Origin: Planctomycetota bacterium
GTDB lineage: Bacteria > Planctomycetota > UBA1135
Reading direction: 5' to 3'
Assembly: GCA_002705055.1 (NCBI GenBank)
Contig: PAHY01000054.1
Span: forward strand, 150-64,149
Length of the DNA: 64,000 nucleotides
The first letter of the stretch is position 1. Each line of letters begins with the position of its first letter. The position numbers and the translations under genes are program-made. Shown one piece after another: positions 17,089-26,703 of the stretch. The notes beneath the pieces were generated by a model, which saw nothing but the letters and a program-made list of their open reading frames with translations, searched no databases and was not told the origin of the DNA.

Positions 17089-20000
17089 GACGAGGTGGGG
17101 CGCGGCCTGCTGCGGATCCAGCCGAGCCCGCGGGCGAGCCAGCCGGGCAGGCGCTGCAGGTCTTCGAGAATGAGGTAGGTCGAGGGGACCAGGATCAGGG
17201 TGATGAAGGTCGCGAACAGCACCCCATAGGCCAGCGAGATCGCCATCGGGATCAGGAACTGGGCCTGGAGGCTGCGCTCGAGCAGCAGCGGAGTGAGACC
17301 CAGGAAGGTCGTGACCGTGGTCAGCAGGATGGGGCGGAAGCGCCGCCCGCCGGCCTGCATCACCGCGTCGTGGAGGCTGGTTCCCTGGCTCCGTAGTCGA
17401 TTGACGAAGTCGATCATGACCAGCGAATCATTGATGACCACCCCGCCCAGGGCCGCGATGCCGATGACGGACATGATCGCGAGGTCGACGCCGAGCAGCG
17501 CGTGCCCCCAGACGGCCCCGACCAGCCCGAAGGGGATCGCCATCATGATGATCAGGGGCTGGAGGTAGGAGCGCAGCGGGATGGCGAGCAAGGTGTAGAT
17601 CGCTAGCAGGGCCAGCAGGTTGAGCTTGATCAGCCTGCCCATGAAGTCGCCTTGTTCCTTCTGCCGACCTTCAAAGCCGTACTCGAGGCCGGGGTAGCGC
17701 GCCAGGATCTCCTGCATCGGGCCGGCGAGCAGCGCGTCGGTGACCTGGTCCGGGGTGGTGAGCTGCGGGTCGATGTCGGCCGTGACGCGCAGGCTGCGCT
17801 GGCGGTCGGTGCGGTCGACCGTGGAGAAACCCCGTCCCCGCTCGATGCGGGCGACTTCCAAGAAGGGCAGCTCGCTGCCTTCCGCCGTGCGGATCCGCAT
17901 GTCCTCGAGGCTGGCCAGGCGGGCTCGGTCGGCGGCCGGATAGCGCAACATCACGTCCACCTCGTCGCGGCCGCGCTGGATCGACTGCACCTCCTCTCCA
18001 TAGAGGGCCTGCCGGACCTGGCGGGCGAGGTCCGCGAGGCTCAGCCCCAGGGCTTCGCCCTGCGGGGTGATGGCCAACTTCCACTCCCGTTTGCCTTCGC
18101 GATAGCTGTCCTGGGCCGAGAGCACGCCGCCGATCTCGAGCAGGGCGCCGCGGAGATCCTCGGCGGCCAAGCGGAGCTGCTCGAGGTCAGGCCCCGACAG
18201 GCGCAGGTCGATGTCGCCGCCGCCGCCGAGCAGATCAGAGTTGAACACGACCTCCTCCGCGCCCGGCACCGTCCCGGCGCGCTCCTGCCAGAGCAGCGCG
18301 ATCTCGGTCGAGGAGAGCGCGCGTTCCTCAGCGGACAGCAGCTCGAGGTTGACCTCGGCGAGATGTGCGCCCGCGAATCGCTCGGTCACGCCCCCAGTCG
18401 AGGAGGACTGTTTCTCGCGGTAAGGCTGACCGCCGGTCGCGGTCGCGATGTTGGTGATCAGAGGCTTGCCGCTCTCGTTGAGCAGCTCCGCCTGCAGCTG
18501 TCGGGCGGCTTCCTCGAACCCGGTGATCGCTTCCTCGGTGACCGCGAGCGGAGTCCCGAGCGGCATGGTCAGCTCGACGGCGACGTTGTCCGCCTCGATG
18601 GCCGGGAAGAAGTTGAACTTGATCCGCCCGCTGCTGGCGTAGGCTCCGGTCAGGACCAGGATGGTGAGGGCCAGCGCGAGGGTGGCGTAGCGCCACTCCG
18701 TGGCGATCCGCAGGCTGGGGGCGTAGACCCGATCGATAAAGAGCTCGAGCAGCCGGTTGACGCCGTCCTGCACGCGGGCCCAGATTCCCTTCTTCGTCTT
18801 GCCGTTCTCGCGCGGCAGGTGGCGCAGGTGCGAGGGCAGGATCAGCAGCGACTCGACCAGCGAGAAGATCAGGCAGGCGATGACGATCAGCGGGATGTTG
18901 CGCGAGAACTGCCCCATGCTGCCCGGCATGAACAGCATCGGCAGGAAGGCGACCATCGTGGTGAGCACGGCGAAGACCACGGGGACGCTCACCTCCTGTG
19001 TCCCTTCCACCGCGGCAGTCTCGCCGTCCTTGCCCATCTGCCGGTGACGGTGAATGTTCTCGGCCACGACGATCGCATCGTCGACCACGATGCCGAGCAC
19101 CGTGATGAAGGCCATCAGCGAGATCAGGTTGATCGAGACGCCCAGGGAGGGCATCAGGGCCGCGCTGCCCAGCAGCGCGATCGGGATCCCCACCGTGACC
19201 CAGGCGGCCAAGCGCAGGCGCAGAAAGAGCGAGAGCGCGAGCAGCACCAGCAGCAGACCCTGCTGTCCGTTCTTCAGCATCAGGCCGGTGCGCTCCTTCA
19301 GCCAGCGTGACTCGTCGGCGAAGATGTCGAGGTGCAGGCCCTCGGGGAGTTCCGCCTGCTTGGCCTCGACGTAGGCGCGCGCCTGGGCCGCGAGCTCGAG
19401 CGCGTTCTGCTCGCCGACGCGATAGACCCGCATCATCACCGCCGGCGCGCCGTTGAACCGGCTGGCCTGATCGGTCTCTTCAAAGTCATCCACGATGCGG
19501 GCGATATCGCCGAGCAGCAGGCGGGTGCCGTCCGCTTCGGTGCGCAGCGGGAGCGCGGCGAAGTCGAAGGAGTCGTAAGCCTGCCCCTTGGAGCGGACCA
19601 GAATCTCGCCGCCGCGCGTCCGCAGGCTGCCTCCTGGAAGGTCCAGGCTGGCGGTCCGAATCGCCCGCGCGACCTCGTCGAAGCTCAGCCCGTAAGCGCG
19701 CAGAGTCTGCTCGGAAACCTCGATCGCGATCTCGAACGGCGGAGCGTTGCTGAGCTCGACCTGAGTGATGGCTGGCTGCTGCTGCAGGCCGGCGCGGACT
19801 TCTTCGGCCAGCCGGCGTAGCCCCTTCAGGTCCTCGCCGCCCCAGACCGCGACCTCAAGGACCTGCTGATTGATCTCCACCAGATTGACCGTGGGTTCCT
19901 CGGCCTCGTCGGGGAAGGTGTCGATGCGGTCGATCTCGGACTTGACGTCGTCGAGGAAGCGCTGCGGATCGGTCGACTCGAGATACTCGATCGAAACGGT

Positions 20001-20270
20001 GCCGAAGTTCTCATTGGCCTGCGCGGTGATGCGCTCGACGCCGGAGAGGCCCTGCACCGCTTCTTCGATACGCATGCAGATGGCCTCTTCCACTTCCTCC
20101 GGCGAGGCGCCGGGATAACGCACCGCCACCGAGACCATGTCCTGTTGGATGGTCGGAACCACCTCCTGCCGCAGGTCCGAGACGGTGAAGGCGCCGACCA
20201 GGACGACGGCGACCATCAGCACATTGGCCGCAACCGGATTGCGGACAAACCAGGCGAGGGCGCCGTGCAT
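17085..20270 (-). CDS. RND efflux transporter, inner-membrane component (AcrB family)
   Basis: 1061 aa. Starts MHGALAWFVRNPVAANVLM. Two large periplasmic loops and 12-TM repeats with typical AcrB-family strings (VDDAIVVAENI, INDSLVMIDF). Confidence 0.95.
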   Translation of the reverse strand: MHGALAWFVRNPVAANVLMVAVVLVGAFTVSDLRQEVVPTIQQDMVSVAVRYPGASPEEVEEAICMRIEEAVQGLSGVERITAQANENFGTVSIEYLESTDPQRFLDDVKSEIDRIDTFPDEAEEPTVNLVEINQQVLEVAVWGGEDLKGLRRLAEEVRAGLQQQPAITQVELSNAPPFEIAIEVSEQTLRAYGLSFDEVARAIRTASLDLPGGSLRTRGGEILVRSKGQAYDSFDFAALPLRTEADGTRLLLGDIARIVDDFEETDQASRFNGAPAVMMRVYRVGEQNALELAAQARAYVEAKQAELPEGLHLDIFADESRWLKERTGLMLKNGQQGLLLVLLALSLFLRLRLAAWVTVGIPIALLGSAALMPSLGVSINLISLMAFITVLGIVVDDAIVVAENIHRHRQMGKDGETAAVEGTQEVSVPVVFAVLTTMVAFLPMLFMPGSMGQFSRNIPLIVIACLIFSLVESLLILPSHLRHLPRENGKTKKGIWARVQDGVNRLLELFIDRVYAPSLRIATEWRYATLALALTILVLTGAYASSGRIKFNFFPAIEADNVAVELTMPLGTPLAVTEEAITGFEEAARQLQAELLNESGKPLITNIATATGGQPYREKQSSSTGGVTERFAGAHLAEVNLELLSAEERALSSTEIALLWQERAGTVPGAEEVVFNSDLLGGGGDIDLRLSGPDLEQLRLAAEDLRGALLEIGGVLSAQDSYREGKREWKLAITPQGEALGLSLADLARQVRQALYGEEVQSIQRGRDEVDVMLRYPAADRARLASLEDMRIRTAEGSELPFLEVARIERGRGFSTVDRTDRQRSLRVTADIDPQLTTPDQVTDALLAGPMQEILARYPGLEYGFEGRQKEQGDFMGRLIKLNLLALLAIYTLLAIPLRSYLQPLIIMMAIPFGLVGAVWGHALLGVDLAIMSVIGIAALGGVVINDSLVMIDFVNRLRSQGTSLHDAVMQAGGRRFRPILLTTVTTFLGLTPLLLERSLQAQFLIPMAISLAYGVLFATFITLILVPSTYLILEDLQRLPGWLARGLGWIRSRPRPTSS

Positions 20271-21409
20271 CAGGCGTCTCCTTCGGCGAGCCGGACTGGC
20301 ATGCCCGGCATGACGGTCACGAGCGGCGTCAGGATGAGCCGTTCCCCGTCCGTCAGCGAGCCGGTGACGAGCACGGCCTCGCGGGTGCGCTGCAGGACCT
20401 CGACCGCGCGAATCTCGACGCGATTCTGGTCGTCGAGCAGCAGGACGGTGTCGTCATCGCGCACGGCGGCGCGCGGGATCGTGTACACCGCGTCGATGCG
20501 GCGGCCGGTGATGGAGGCCGCGACAAAAGTCCCGGGAACCAACGGCGGTTGGCTGGCGTAGGGATCATCGACCTGGACGAGCACTTCGACCATGCGGTTG
20601 CGCGCCGAGAGGCTGGCGCCGGTGCGGACCACCTTGCCCTGCCAGCGCGCGTCCACGCCTGCGACCTCGGCGCGCAGTTCGACGGCCAGCGGAGCCGGGT
20701 CGGCTCCCAGCGCGAGATCCAGGAAGCGCAGTTCGGCCAGTCGAATCGGAATCTTGATCTCGGCGGTGGCGCTGTCGGCGAGGCTGGCCAAGGCCACGCC
20801 CGGCGACACGAAGGAGCCGGCGGCGATCGCCCGCGCTTCGACGCGGGCGGCGAACGGAGCGCGCACTTCGCAACGCTCCAGGTCGCGCATCGCGGCATCC
20901 AGCGCGGCCTGCGCGGCGCGGACATCCGCCTGGGCGCGGGCGAGCTGAGGTTCGCGGGCAACCAGCGCGGGCGGCGGACCTTCCCCGTGCTGCTCCCAGT
21001 CGGCGATCGCGATCTCGGCTTCAGCTTCCTCGAGCTGCAGCGCGGCCTCGGTCTGCGCCAGCCGTGCTTCGGCGCTGGTGCGGGCCAGCTCGAAGTCCGT
21101 GCGATCGAGGCGCACCAGAGGCTGATTGGCCTCGACGAAGTCGCCGGCCTCCAGCTCGGGGGCGACCCAGAGAACCCGGGCCGCGACCTCGGCCACCAGG
21201 CTGACCCGGCGCGCAGCGGCGGCCTCACCATGGCCCGTCACGGTCAGGGTCTGCGGCGCGGCGCGCAGCGGCTCGATCTCGACCAGGGGCAGCGCCGTCT
21301 CCGGCACCTGTGGCGGCACCGTGGGAGCGGTTTCATTCAGCCACACGGCGCCAGCGAATCCTCCGCTCAGGATGACGAGCGGAGCCAGGAGTTTGAGGAT
21401 GGGAGTCAT
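20270..21409 (-). CDS. RND periplasmic adaptor (HlyD/MFP family)
   Basis: 379 aa. N-terminal TM, coiled-coil segment (AEARLAQTEAALQLEEAEAEIA...AQAALDAAMRDLERCEVRAPF) and beta-barrel tail. Start and stop overlap neighbouring genes. Confidence 0.9.
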   Translation of the reverse strand: MTPILKLLAPLVILSGGFAGAVWLNETAPTVPPQVPETALPLVEIEPLRAAPQTLTVTGHGEAAAARRVSLVAEVAARVLWVAPELEAGDFVEANQPLVRLDRTDFELARTSAEARLAQTEAALQLEEAEAEIAIADWEQHGEGPPPALVAREPQLARAQADVRAAQAALDAAMRDLERCEVRAPFAARVEARAIAAGSFVSPGVALASLADSATAEIKIPIRLAELRFLDLALGADPAPLAVELRAEVAGVDARWQGKVVRTGASLSARNRMVEVLVQVDDPYASQPPLVPGTFVAASITGRRIDAVYTIPRAAVRDDDTVLLLDDQNRVEIRAVEVLQRTREAVLVTGSLTDGERLILTPLVTVMPGMPVRLAEGDA

Positions 21410-22827
21410 CGGGCGTCGGTGGGTTGTGAGTCGAAGCCTCCGCCGAGGGCGAGATAGAGATCGGTGCGGTTCTGCAGCAGCAGACGATGGGTCGTCAGCG
21501 TTGCGCTGCGGGTTTCCAAAGCGGCCGAGCGGGCATCGATCCAGTTCAGGAGCGAGCCCGTGCCGGAGCGAAAGCGGCGCTCCGCCAGCTCGGCCTGGCG
21601 CTGGGAGCGAGCCTCGTTCAGCTGCAGATCGCTCAGCTGGGCGCGCAGGCTCTGTTCGGTTTCGAGCGCGGTTTCGACCTCGCTGAGCGCGCGCAGGAAG
21701 TCACGGGCGAAGCTCCAAGCCGCGGCGTCGACCCCCGCCTCGCGGGCATCGACCTGGGCGCGCAGTTGGCCTCCCTGGAAGAGGGGGGCCGTGAGGCCGC
21801 CGGCCAGACTCCAGACTCGGAAGTCGCCGTCCAGCAGGTCGCCGATCGCCGAACTGTTGGTGCCGACGGAGGTCGTCAGCGCGAGCCGCGGGTAGAGCGA
21901 GGCGCGGGCTTCGCGCGCGCGCGCGGTGGCGGCGTAGTAGCGAGCCTCGGCGGCGGCGAGATCGGGGCGTCGCCCCAGCAGCTCGGCGGGCATGCCGACC
22001 GGGGGCGCGGGAGGCAACTCGGGCAAGGTCACGGTCGCGCTCTCGGGCCAGGCGCCGTCCGGGTACTGACCGCGCAGGGACTGCAGGGCGCGCTGTTGCG
22101 CGGACACCTGCAGGCGCAGCTGCTTCGCGTTGGCCTGCCAGGTCGTGACGGCCTGGCGCGCGCGGAGTACTTCGCTGGCGCTGGTCGTGCCGCGTTCAAA
22201 GCGGGCTTCGAGGTGCTGCAGCCGTTGCTCGGCCAGGGCACGGAGCTCCTCGACCAGCGCCAGTTGGCTGAGCGCTTCGGTGCGCCCGAGCCACAGCTGC
22301 ACCGCCTGCCCGCGCAGCGAGAGCTGGGCAGCCTGGAGTTCGGCCTGGGCCGCGAGGGCGTCCGCGTCCGCGGCCGCGACGGCGGCGTCGATGCGCCCCC
22401 AGAGGTCGACCTCCCAGCTCAGGTCGGCGCTGAGCCCGAAGCTGGTCGCGCGAATCGGGAGGACTTCGCCCGCGCCCGGAATCGGCAGGCCGATGAGGTT
22501 CTGCCGCGAGCGGCTGGCCTGCAGCCCGGCGCTCAGGCTGGGCCAGCGCGCTCCGCCTGCAGCGGCGGCGAGTGCTTCCGTCTGGCGATAGGAAGCCTGC
22601 GCGATCTGCAGGTCGGGGTTGGCTTCCTCGACGCCGGCGAGGAGCGAGGCCAACTCCGGAGAGTCGAAGTCCTGCCACCAGGAGTCGGCGAGCGCGCCGG
22701 CGGCGGGGGCGTGATCCTGCGCGAAGGCGCGCGGGATCTCGAGCGGGAGTGTCTCCGTGGGCTCAGCGACCCGATGGCCGCAACTTGCCAGGAAGAGCAG
22801 GCCCGCAAGAGTGGGGCGGATGTCCAT
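21406..22827 (-). CDS. outer-membrane efflux lipoprotein (NodT/TolC family)
   Basis: Start moved from TTG (22836) to the ATG at 22825-22827, giving lipobox MDIRPTLAGLLFLASC. Duplicated TolC-type helical repeats (LRAQVDAREAGVDAA..., NRTDLYLALGGGF). Confidence 0.9.
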   Translation of the reverse strand: MDIRPTLAGLLFLASCGHRVAEPTETLPLEIPRAFAQDHAPAAGALADSWWQDFDSPELASLLAGVEEANPDLQIAQASYRQTEALAAAAGGARWPSLSAGLQASRSRQNLIGLPIPGAGEVLPIRATSFGLSADLSWEVDLWGRIDAAVAAADADALAAQAELQAAQLSLRGQAVQLWLGRTEALSQLALVEELRALAEQRLQHLEARFERGTTSASEVLRARQAVTTWQANAKQLRLQVSAQQRALQSLRGQYPDGAWPESATVTLPELPPAPPVGMPAELLGRRPDLAAAEARYYAATARAREARASLYPRLALTTSVGTNSSAIGDLLDGDFRVWSLAGGLTAPLFQGGQLRAQVDAREAGVDAAAWSFARDFLRALSEVETALETEQSLRAQLSDLQLNEARSQRQAELAERRFRSGTGSLLNWIDARSAALETRSATLTTHRLLLQNRTDLYLALGGGFDSQPTDAR

Positions 22828-22838
22828 AGCGAGCAAAA

Positions 22839-23474
22839 TCAGACCGGGGCGCGATAGCCCGCGGCGCAGAAGCGAATCAGTTCGGAAAGCAGACGATCGG
22901 GATCCTGCAGCCGGACGCGCCCGCCGGTGAGCGCGCTGCTCAGGCGGTCGCCATCCGAGAGGATGTGCAACATGGCTCCCTTCAGGAACATGCTGCGTGC
23001 CAGCAAGGCCGTCTCGTCGAGGTGGGGCACCAGCGGATGAATGACCGCGAAAAAGCGATCGGCCACCGGGGCGAAGATGCGCGCCAGCGCCTCCGTGAGC
23101 TCCGGCGTGGGATCCTGATGGAGGCGAGCGAGCAGAGCCGGGTAGTCCGGGCCGCCCTTGGCAAGAAACCGCCGCACCGCCGGTTCGAGGAAAGCCTCTA
23201 GGACCTCCTCCAACTGCAGCGGCTCGCCAGTCTCCCGGGCACGGGCTTCGAGTTCATCCAGCCGAGCCAGACGCAGTCGGTTGAGCTCGCCGATGTGACT
23301 CTCCAGGATCTCGATAAGGAGCCCGGACTTACTGCCAAAGTGATAGTTCACCGCGGCCAGGTTGGCTCCCGCCCGATCGGTGATCTCACGCACCGAAATG
23401 CCGCGGAAGCCCTTCGCGGCGAACAGGACCTCGGCGGCGGTCCGCAGTCGCTCCTTGGTGTCCGGGAGGCTCAT
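22839..23474 (-). CDS. TetR family transcriptional regulator
   Basis: The N-terminal HTH (AAEVLFAAKGFRGISVREITDRAGANLAAVNYHFGSK) is the canonical TetR_N signature. First gene of the efflux operon. Confidence 0.9.
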   Translation of the reverse strand: MSLPDTKERLRTAAEVLFAAKGFRGISVREITDRAGANLAAVNYHFGSKSGLLIEILESHIGELNRLRLARLDELEARARETGEPLQLEEVLEAFLEPAVRRFLAKGGPDYPALLARLHQDPTPELTEALARIFAPVADRFFAVIHPLVPHLDETALLARSMFLKGAMLHILSDGDRLSSALTGGRVRLQDPDRLLSELIRFCAAGYRAPV

Positions 23475-23650
23475 GCGGACGATTGTATCAAACGAGTGTT
23501 CCGCTCCCTAGAAGCTGACCCCCTTGAGTGTGCTTCTTCTTCGTAAGTGCTTGATACAAAGCATCTTAGATGGCGATTCTCACCTGGGCCGGCCGTGCTG
23601 AGAATCCGGTTGTAAGTCACTTCTTTGTCGAGGTTTCGGGGCGCGCGAGC

Positions 23651-23690
23651 ACACCCAAAGGGGTCAGACTCGGTTAGGTCTGACACCCCG
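23651..23690 (-). terminator. candidate intrinsic terminator overlapping the mutM stop
   Basis: The minus strand reads GGGGTGTCAGAC-CTAACCGA-GTCTGACCCC TTTGGGTGT, about 10 bp with one bulge. The T tract is weak. Confidence 0.45.
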
Positions 23691-24489
23691 GACAGAAGTA
23701 CGTCGCCCGCTGCCCAATCACCGTCCGCCGAACCGTCCCCTCGCACCGCCGGCACGGCTCCCCGCCGCGGTCATAGACCTGCAGTTGCTGCACGAAGTAC
23801 CCCGGCTCGCCGTCACTCCCCAGGAAGTCCCGCAGCGTCGTGCCTCCCTGCTCGATCGCGCTTGCCAGCACCTTGCGCACCTCGACAGCCAGCCGATCCC
23901 AGCGGGCGCGCGCGATACGGCCTGCCGGCCGGCTGGGCCGGATCCCGGCGCGGAACAGGGCTTCGTTGGCGTAGATGTTGCCCACGCCCACCACGACGGC
24001 GGGGTCCATCAGCAGGGATTTGGCGGCCACCCGCCGGCCGCGCGCCGCGTCGGCGAGGGTGGAGCCGTCAAAGGCTGGGCCGAGGGGCTCGGGCCCGAGC
24101 TTGCGCAGTCGGGGGTGCAGCGCGGGGTCCTGCTCGGTCCAGAGCAGGAAGCCGAACCGTCGCGGGTCATGGAAACGCAGCTGCCGCGCTCTGCTGAACT
24201 CGATGTAGACGTGATCGTGCTTGCGCGTTTCGTCCTGCGGCTTGGTGATGCGCATGGACCCCGACATGCCCAGGTGCCCGATCAGCGTTCCATGCTTGAA
24301 TCGGAACAGCAGATACTTCGCGCGCCGCTCGATGGCCAGCAGGGTGCGCCCTTGCAGCAGCGCGGGGAGCTGCGGATCCACCGGCCAGCGCAGCCGCGGC
24401 TCGGCAACCAGGACCTTGCGGACGCGCTTCCCCACCAGCCAAGGCTCCAGCCCGCGCCGCGTGGTCTCGACTTCAGGAAGCTCCGGCAC
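23674..24489 (-). CDS. mutM: formamidopyrimidine-DNA glycosylase
   Basis: (M)PELPEVETTRRGL N-terminus (GTG start) and a C-terminal zinc finger CRRCEGTV...YFCPGCQ. Confidence 0.95.
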   Translation of the reverse strand: MPELPEVETTRRGLEPWLVGKRVRKVLVAEPRLRWPVDPQLPALLQGRTLLAIERRAKYLLFRFKHGTLIGHLGMSGSMRITKPQDETRKHDHVYIEFSRARQLRFHDPRRFGFLLWTEQDPALHPRLRKLGPEPLGPAFDGSTLADAARGRRVAAKSLLMDPAVVVGVGNIYANEALFRAGIRPSRPAGRIARARWDRLAVEVRKVLASAIEQGGTTLRDFLGSDGEPGYFVQQLQVYDRGGEPCRRCEGTVRRTVIGQRATYFCPGCQT

Positions 24490-25531
24490 CCTTCTCTGCG
24501 CATTCCTTCTCGAGGAAGTACAGCATCACGTACTCCTCGGCGGTGCGTCGCGGCCCCGGCTCATTGCGCAAACGCCGCGCCGCGGCCTGCAGCTGTCGCT
24601 CGCGGAAGAAGCGATAGGCGCGCACGCCGCCATGCCCGGTGTCATTCTCGGGCGTGACAATCCCGAGGGCTTCGCGCGCCTCCTCCGGACTCATGCAGGT
24701 GCGGCCCTCTTCTTCCATCAGCTGAACCAGCGAGCGAATCGCCTCGGTCGGCACCCCAATCAGAAACTCCTGAAAAGCGCGCGCTTCATCGCGCGTGGGG
24801 TTGGGCCGCGCGAAGTACTCGACAAACTCCGGATCGCAGCCCGCCTGCAGCAGGCGCATCATCTCAGAGACCCCCAAGGTCGTGCCGATGCTGACGCGAA
24901 TGCGTCGCCGCGCGCTCCAGGTCGCCTGAAGCAGCGGGAAGAAGTCGCGCACGGCCCAGTGCAGGTAGTTGCCCCAGATACCGGCCAGCTTTTCGACCGC
25001 GCAGGTGCGCAGCTCCTGCGGCTGCTCCTGATCCCGCGCGATCGAACCGAGCACTTCCTCGGCGAGCAGGGTGTAGACGCAGCCGTGCAGCCATTCGTCG
25101 ACATCCTTTTGGACCAGCTCCAGCTCGGCGCGGGCCGCCTCGTCGCCCGCGCGCCCGGCGATCTCGCCGACGAGATAACCGATCATCCGCCAGAAGTTCA
25201 GCTCGGCGACGACCAGCGCGCGGCCCACGATCGCGCGCGTCGGAACGAACATCTCGTAGTTCGAGTCGTCGGCCTGACCCAGGTGATCGACCAGCGTGCC
25301 CAGGCTGCGCTCGCGCGAGCCAAGCTGGCGTTCCTGGAAGATGGGCGGGTAGGCCTCGAGCGCTTCGGCGATCTGCTCGACGCGGGTCACCCCAAGCGCG
25401 ATGCGGCTCAGGAACTCATCCCGCATCGGGTGCGTGCTGACTTCCGCGTGCCGCCACAGGGTCTCCAGAGTCTGCCGTTCCCGCGGCGACAGCGAATCAA
25501 TCGGACCGAAGACCAGGCGCGGGGTGGGCAT
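24473..25531 (-). CDS. conserved-looking cytosolic all-alpha protein of unknown function
   Basis: Start set at the ATG at 25529-25531 (MPTPRLVFGP), 5 nt after the upp stop. The 3' end overlaps the mutM start by 17 nt. No motif recognised. Confidence 0.55.
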   Translation of the reverse strand: MPTPRLVFGPIDSLSPRERQTLETLWRHAEVSTHPMRDEFLSRIALGVTRVEQIAEALEAYPPIFQERQLGSRERSLGTLVDHLGQADDSNYEMFVPTRAIVGRALVVAELNFWRMIGYLVGEIAGRAGDEAARAELELVQKDVDEWLHGCVYTLLAEEVLGSIARDQEQPQELRTCAVEKLAGIWGNYLHWAVRDFFPLLQATWSARRRIRVSIGTTLGVSEMMRLLQAGCDPEFVEYFARPNPTRDEARAFQEFLIGVPTEAIRSLVQLMEEEGRTCMSPEEAREALGIVTPENDTGHGGVRAYRFFRERQLQAAARRLRNEPGPRRTAEEYVMLYFLEKECAEKGAGAS

Positions 25532-25535
25532 CGAC

Positions 25536-26159
25536 TCAGGTCTGGAAGAGGCGGTCGCCGGCATCGCCGAGCCCCGGCACGATGTAGCCGCGCTCATCGA
25601 GGCGTTCGTCCAGGCCGCAGAGGTGAATCGGAACGTCCGGGTGCGCTTCGTTCAGCGCCTGGACTCCCTGCGGAGCCGCGATCAGACCGAGAAACTTGAT
25701 CCGCGAAGCTCCCCAGGCCTTCAGCGCGTCAACAGCGGCGATGGCCGAGCCGCCGGTCGCGAGCATCGGATCGAGCACCAGGCAAAGGTCCTCCGCCTGG
25801 CCGTCGGGCAGCTTGTTGTAGTACGCGACCGGCTCGAGTTTTTCCTCGTCCCGATAGAAGCCCAGGTGACGCACCGCGGCGTGGGGGAACAGGCCGGCGA
25901 GGCCGTCCGCCATGCCCAGCCCGGCGCGCAGGATGGGCACCAGAGCGAGCGACTCGCGGATCCGGGTGCCGACACACTCGGCGAGCGGGGTGTGCACCAG
26001 CCAGGATTCCGTGCCCAGGTCCTGCGTCGCCTCGACCCCCAACAGCACGGCGAGCTGCCGCACCAGCTCGCGGAAGTCATCCGTCGAGGTATTCTGGTCG
26101 CGGAGCCGTGTGAGTTTGTGCAGGATCGCCGGGTGGTGCGACACGAAGGCCTGCGGCAT
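25536..26159 (-). CDS. upp: uracil phosphoribosyltransferase
   Basis: 207 aa from the ATG at 26157-26159. HPAILHKLTRLRD, ILRAGLGM, DPMLATGGSA, YIVPGLGDAGDR. Confidence 0.95.
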   Translation of the reverse strand: MPQAFVSHHPAILHKLTRLRDQNTSTDDFRELVRQLAVLLGVEATQDLGTESWLVHTPLAECVGTRIRESLALVPILRAGLGMADGLAGLFPHAAVRHLGFYRDEEKLEPVAYYNKLPDGQAEDLCLVLDPMLATGGSAIAAVDALKAWGASRIKFLGLIAAPQGVQALNEAHPDVPIHLCGLDERLDERGYIVPGLGDAGDRLFQT

Positions 26160-26174
26160 GGCGTCAGGATAGCG

Positions 26175-26693
26175 ATGGACACTCCGGAAGCGAATACGGA
26201 AGCCGAGGGATCTGCCCCCCAAGAGGTCGACTGGGTCGAGGTCTACCAGAGTTCGCGCTACGCCTATCCGGCCGGCCCGGCCTGGCGGGTCTTCGCGCTC
26301 GACGGCGAAGAGGAGCCCGACCTGGATCTCGAGCGCTCGGTCACGCTGATCACGGCCTGGAACCCCGGCTCCGAGGAACGCGATCCGGCATGGAACGAAC
26401 AGGCCAACGCGCAGCTCGCTGCGGCGCTGCGCGAGGCGGGCGAGGACTTCGACCCTTCGTGGGGAGCCTCCCTGCCCGAGGTCGCGCCGGCCTGGAAGGA
26501 GCACGGCTTCGCGGTCTACGGCTGGACCCGCGAGGAGGCGCGCGACTGGGGGCGGCGCTTCGGCCAGCGCGCCGTGGTCTACCTCGACCCCGAGTCGGCC
26601 GACCTGGTGTTCTGCGAAGAGGGCTGGGCGGTGGTCTGCGGGCTGCGCCGTTTCCCCGACGAGCCCCGCGAAGCGACCGGGAGCGAGGCGTAG
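26175..26693 (+). CDS. DUF3293-like protein
   Basis: Internal ATG of the 25401 ORF. VTLITAWNPGSEERDPAWNEQANAQLAAAL...GWTREEARDWGRRFGQRAVVYL resembles DUF3293. Divergent from upp. Confidence 0.55.
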   Translation: MDTPEANTEAEGSAPQEVDWVEVYQSSRYAYPAGPAWRVFALDGEEEPDLDLERSVTLITAWNPGSEERDPAWNEQANAQLAAALREAGEDFDPSWGASLPEVAPAWKEHGFAVYGWTREEARDWGRRFGQRAVVYLDPESADLVFCEEGWAVVCGLRRFPDEPREATGSEA

Positions 26694-26703
26694 AATACGC
26701 AGC

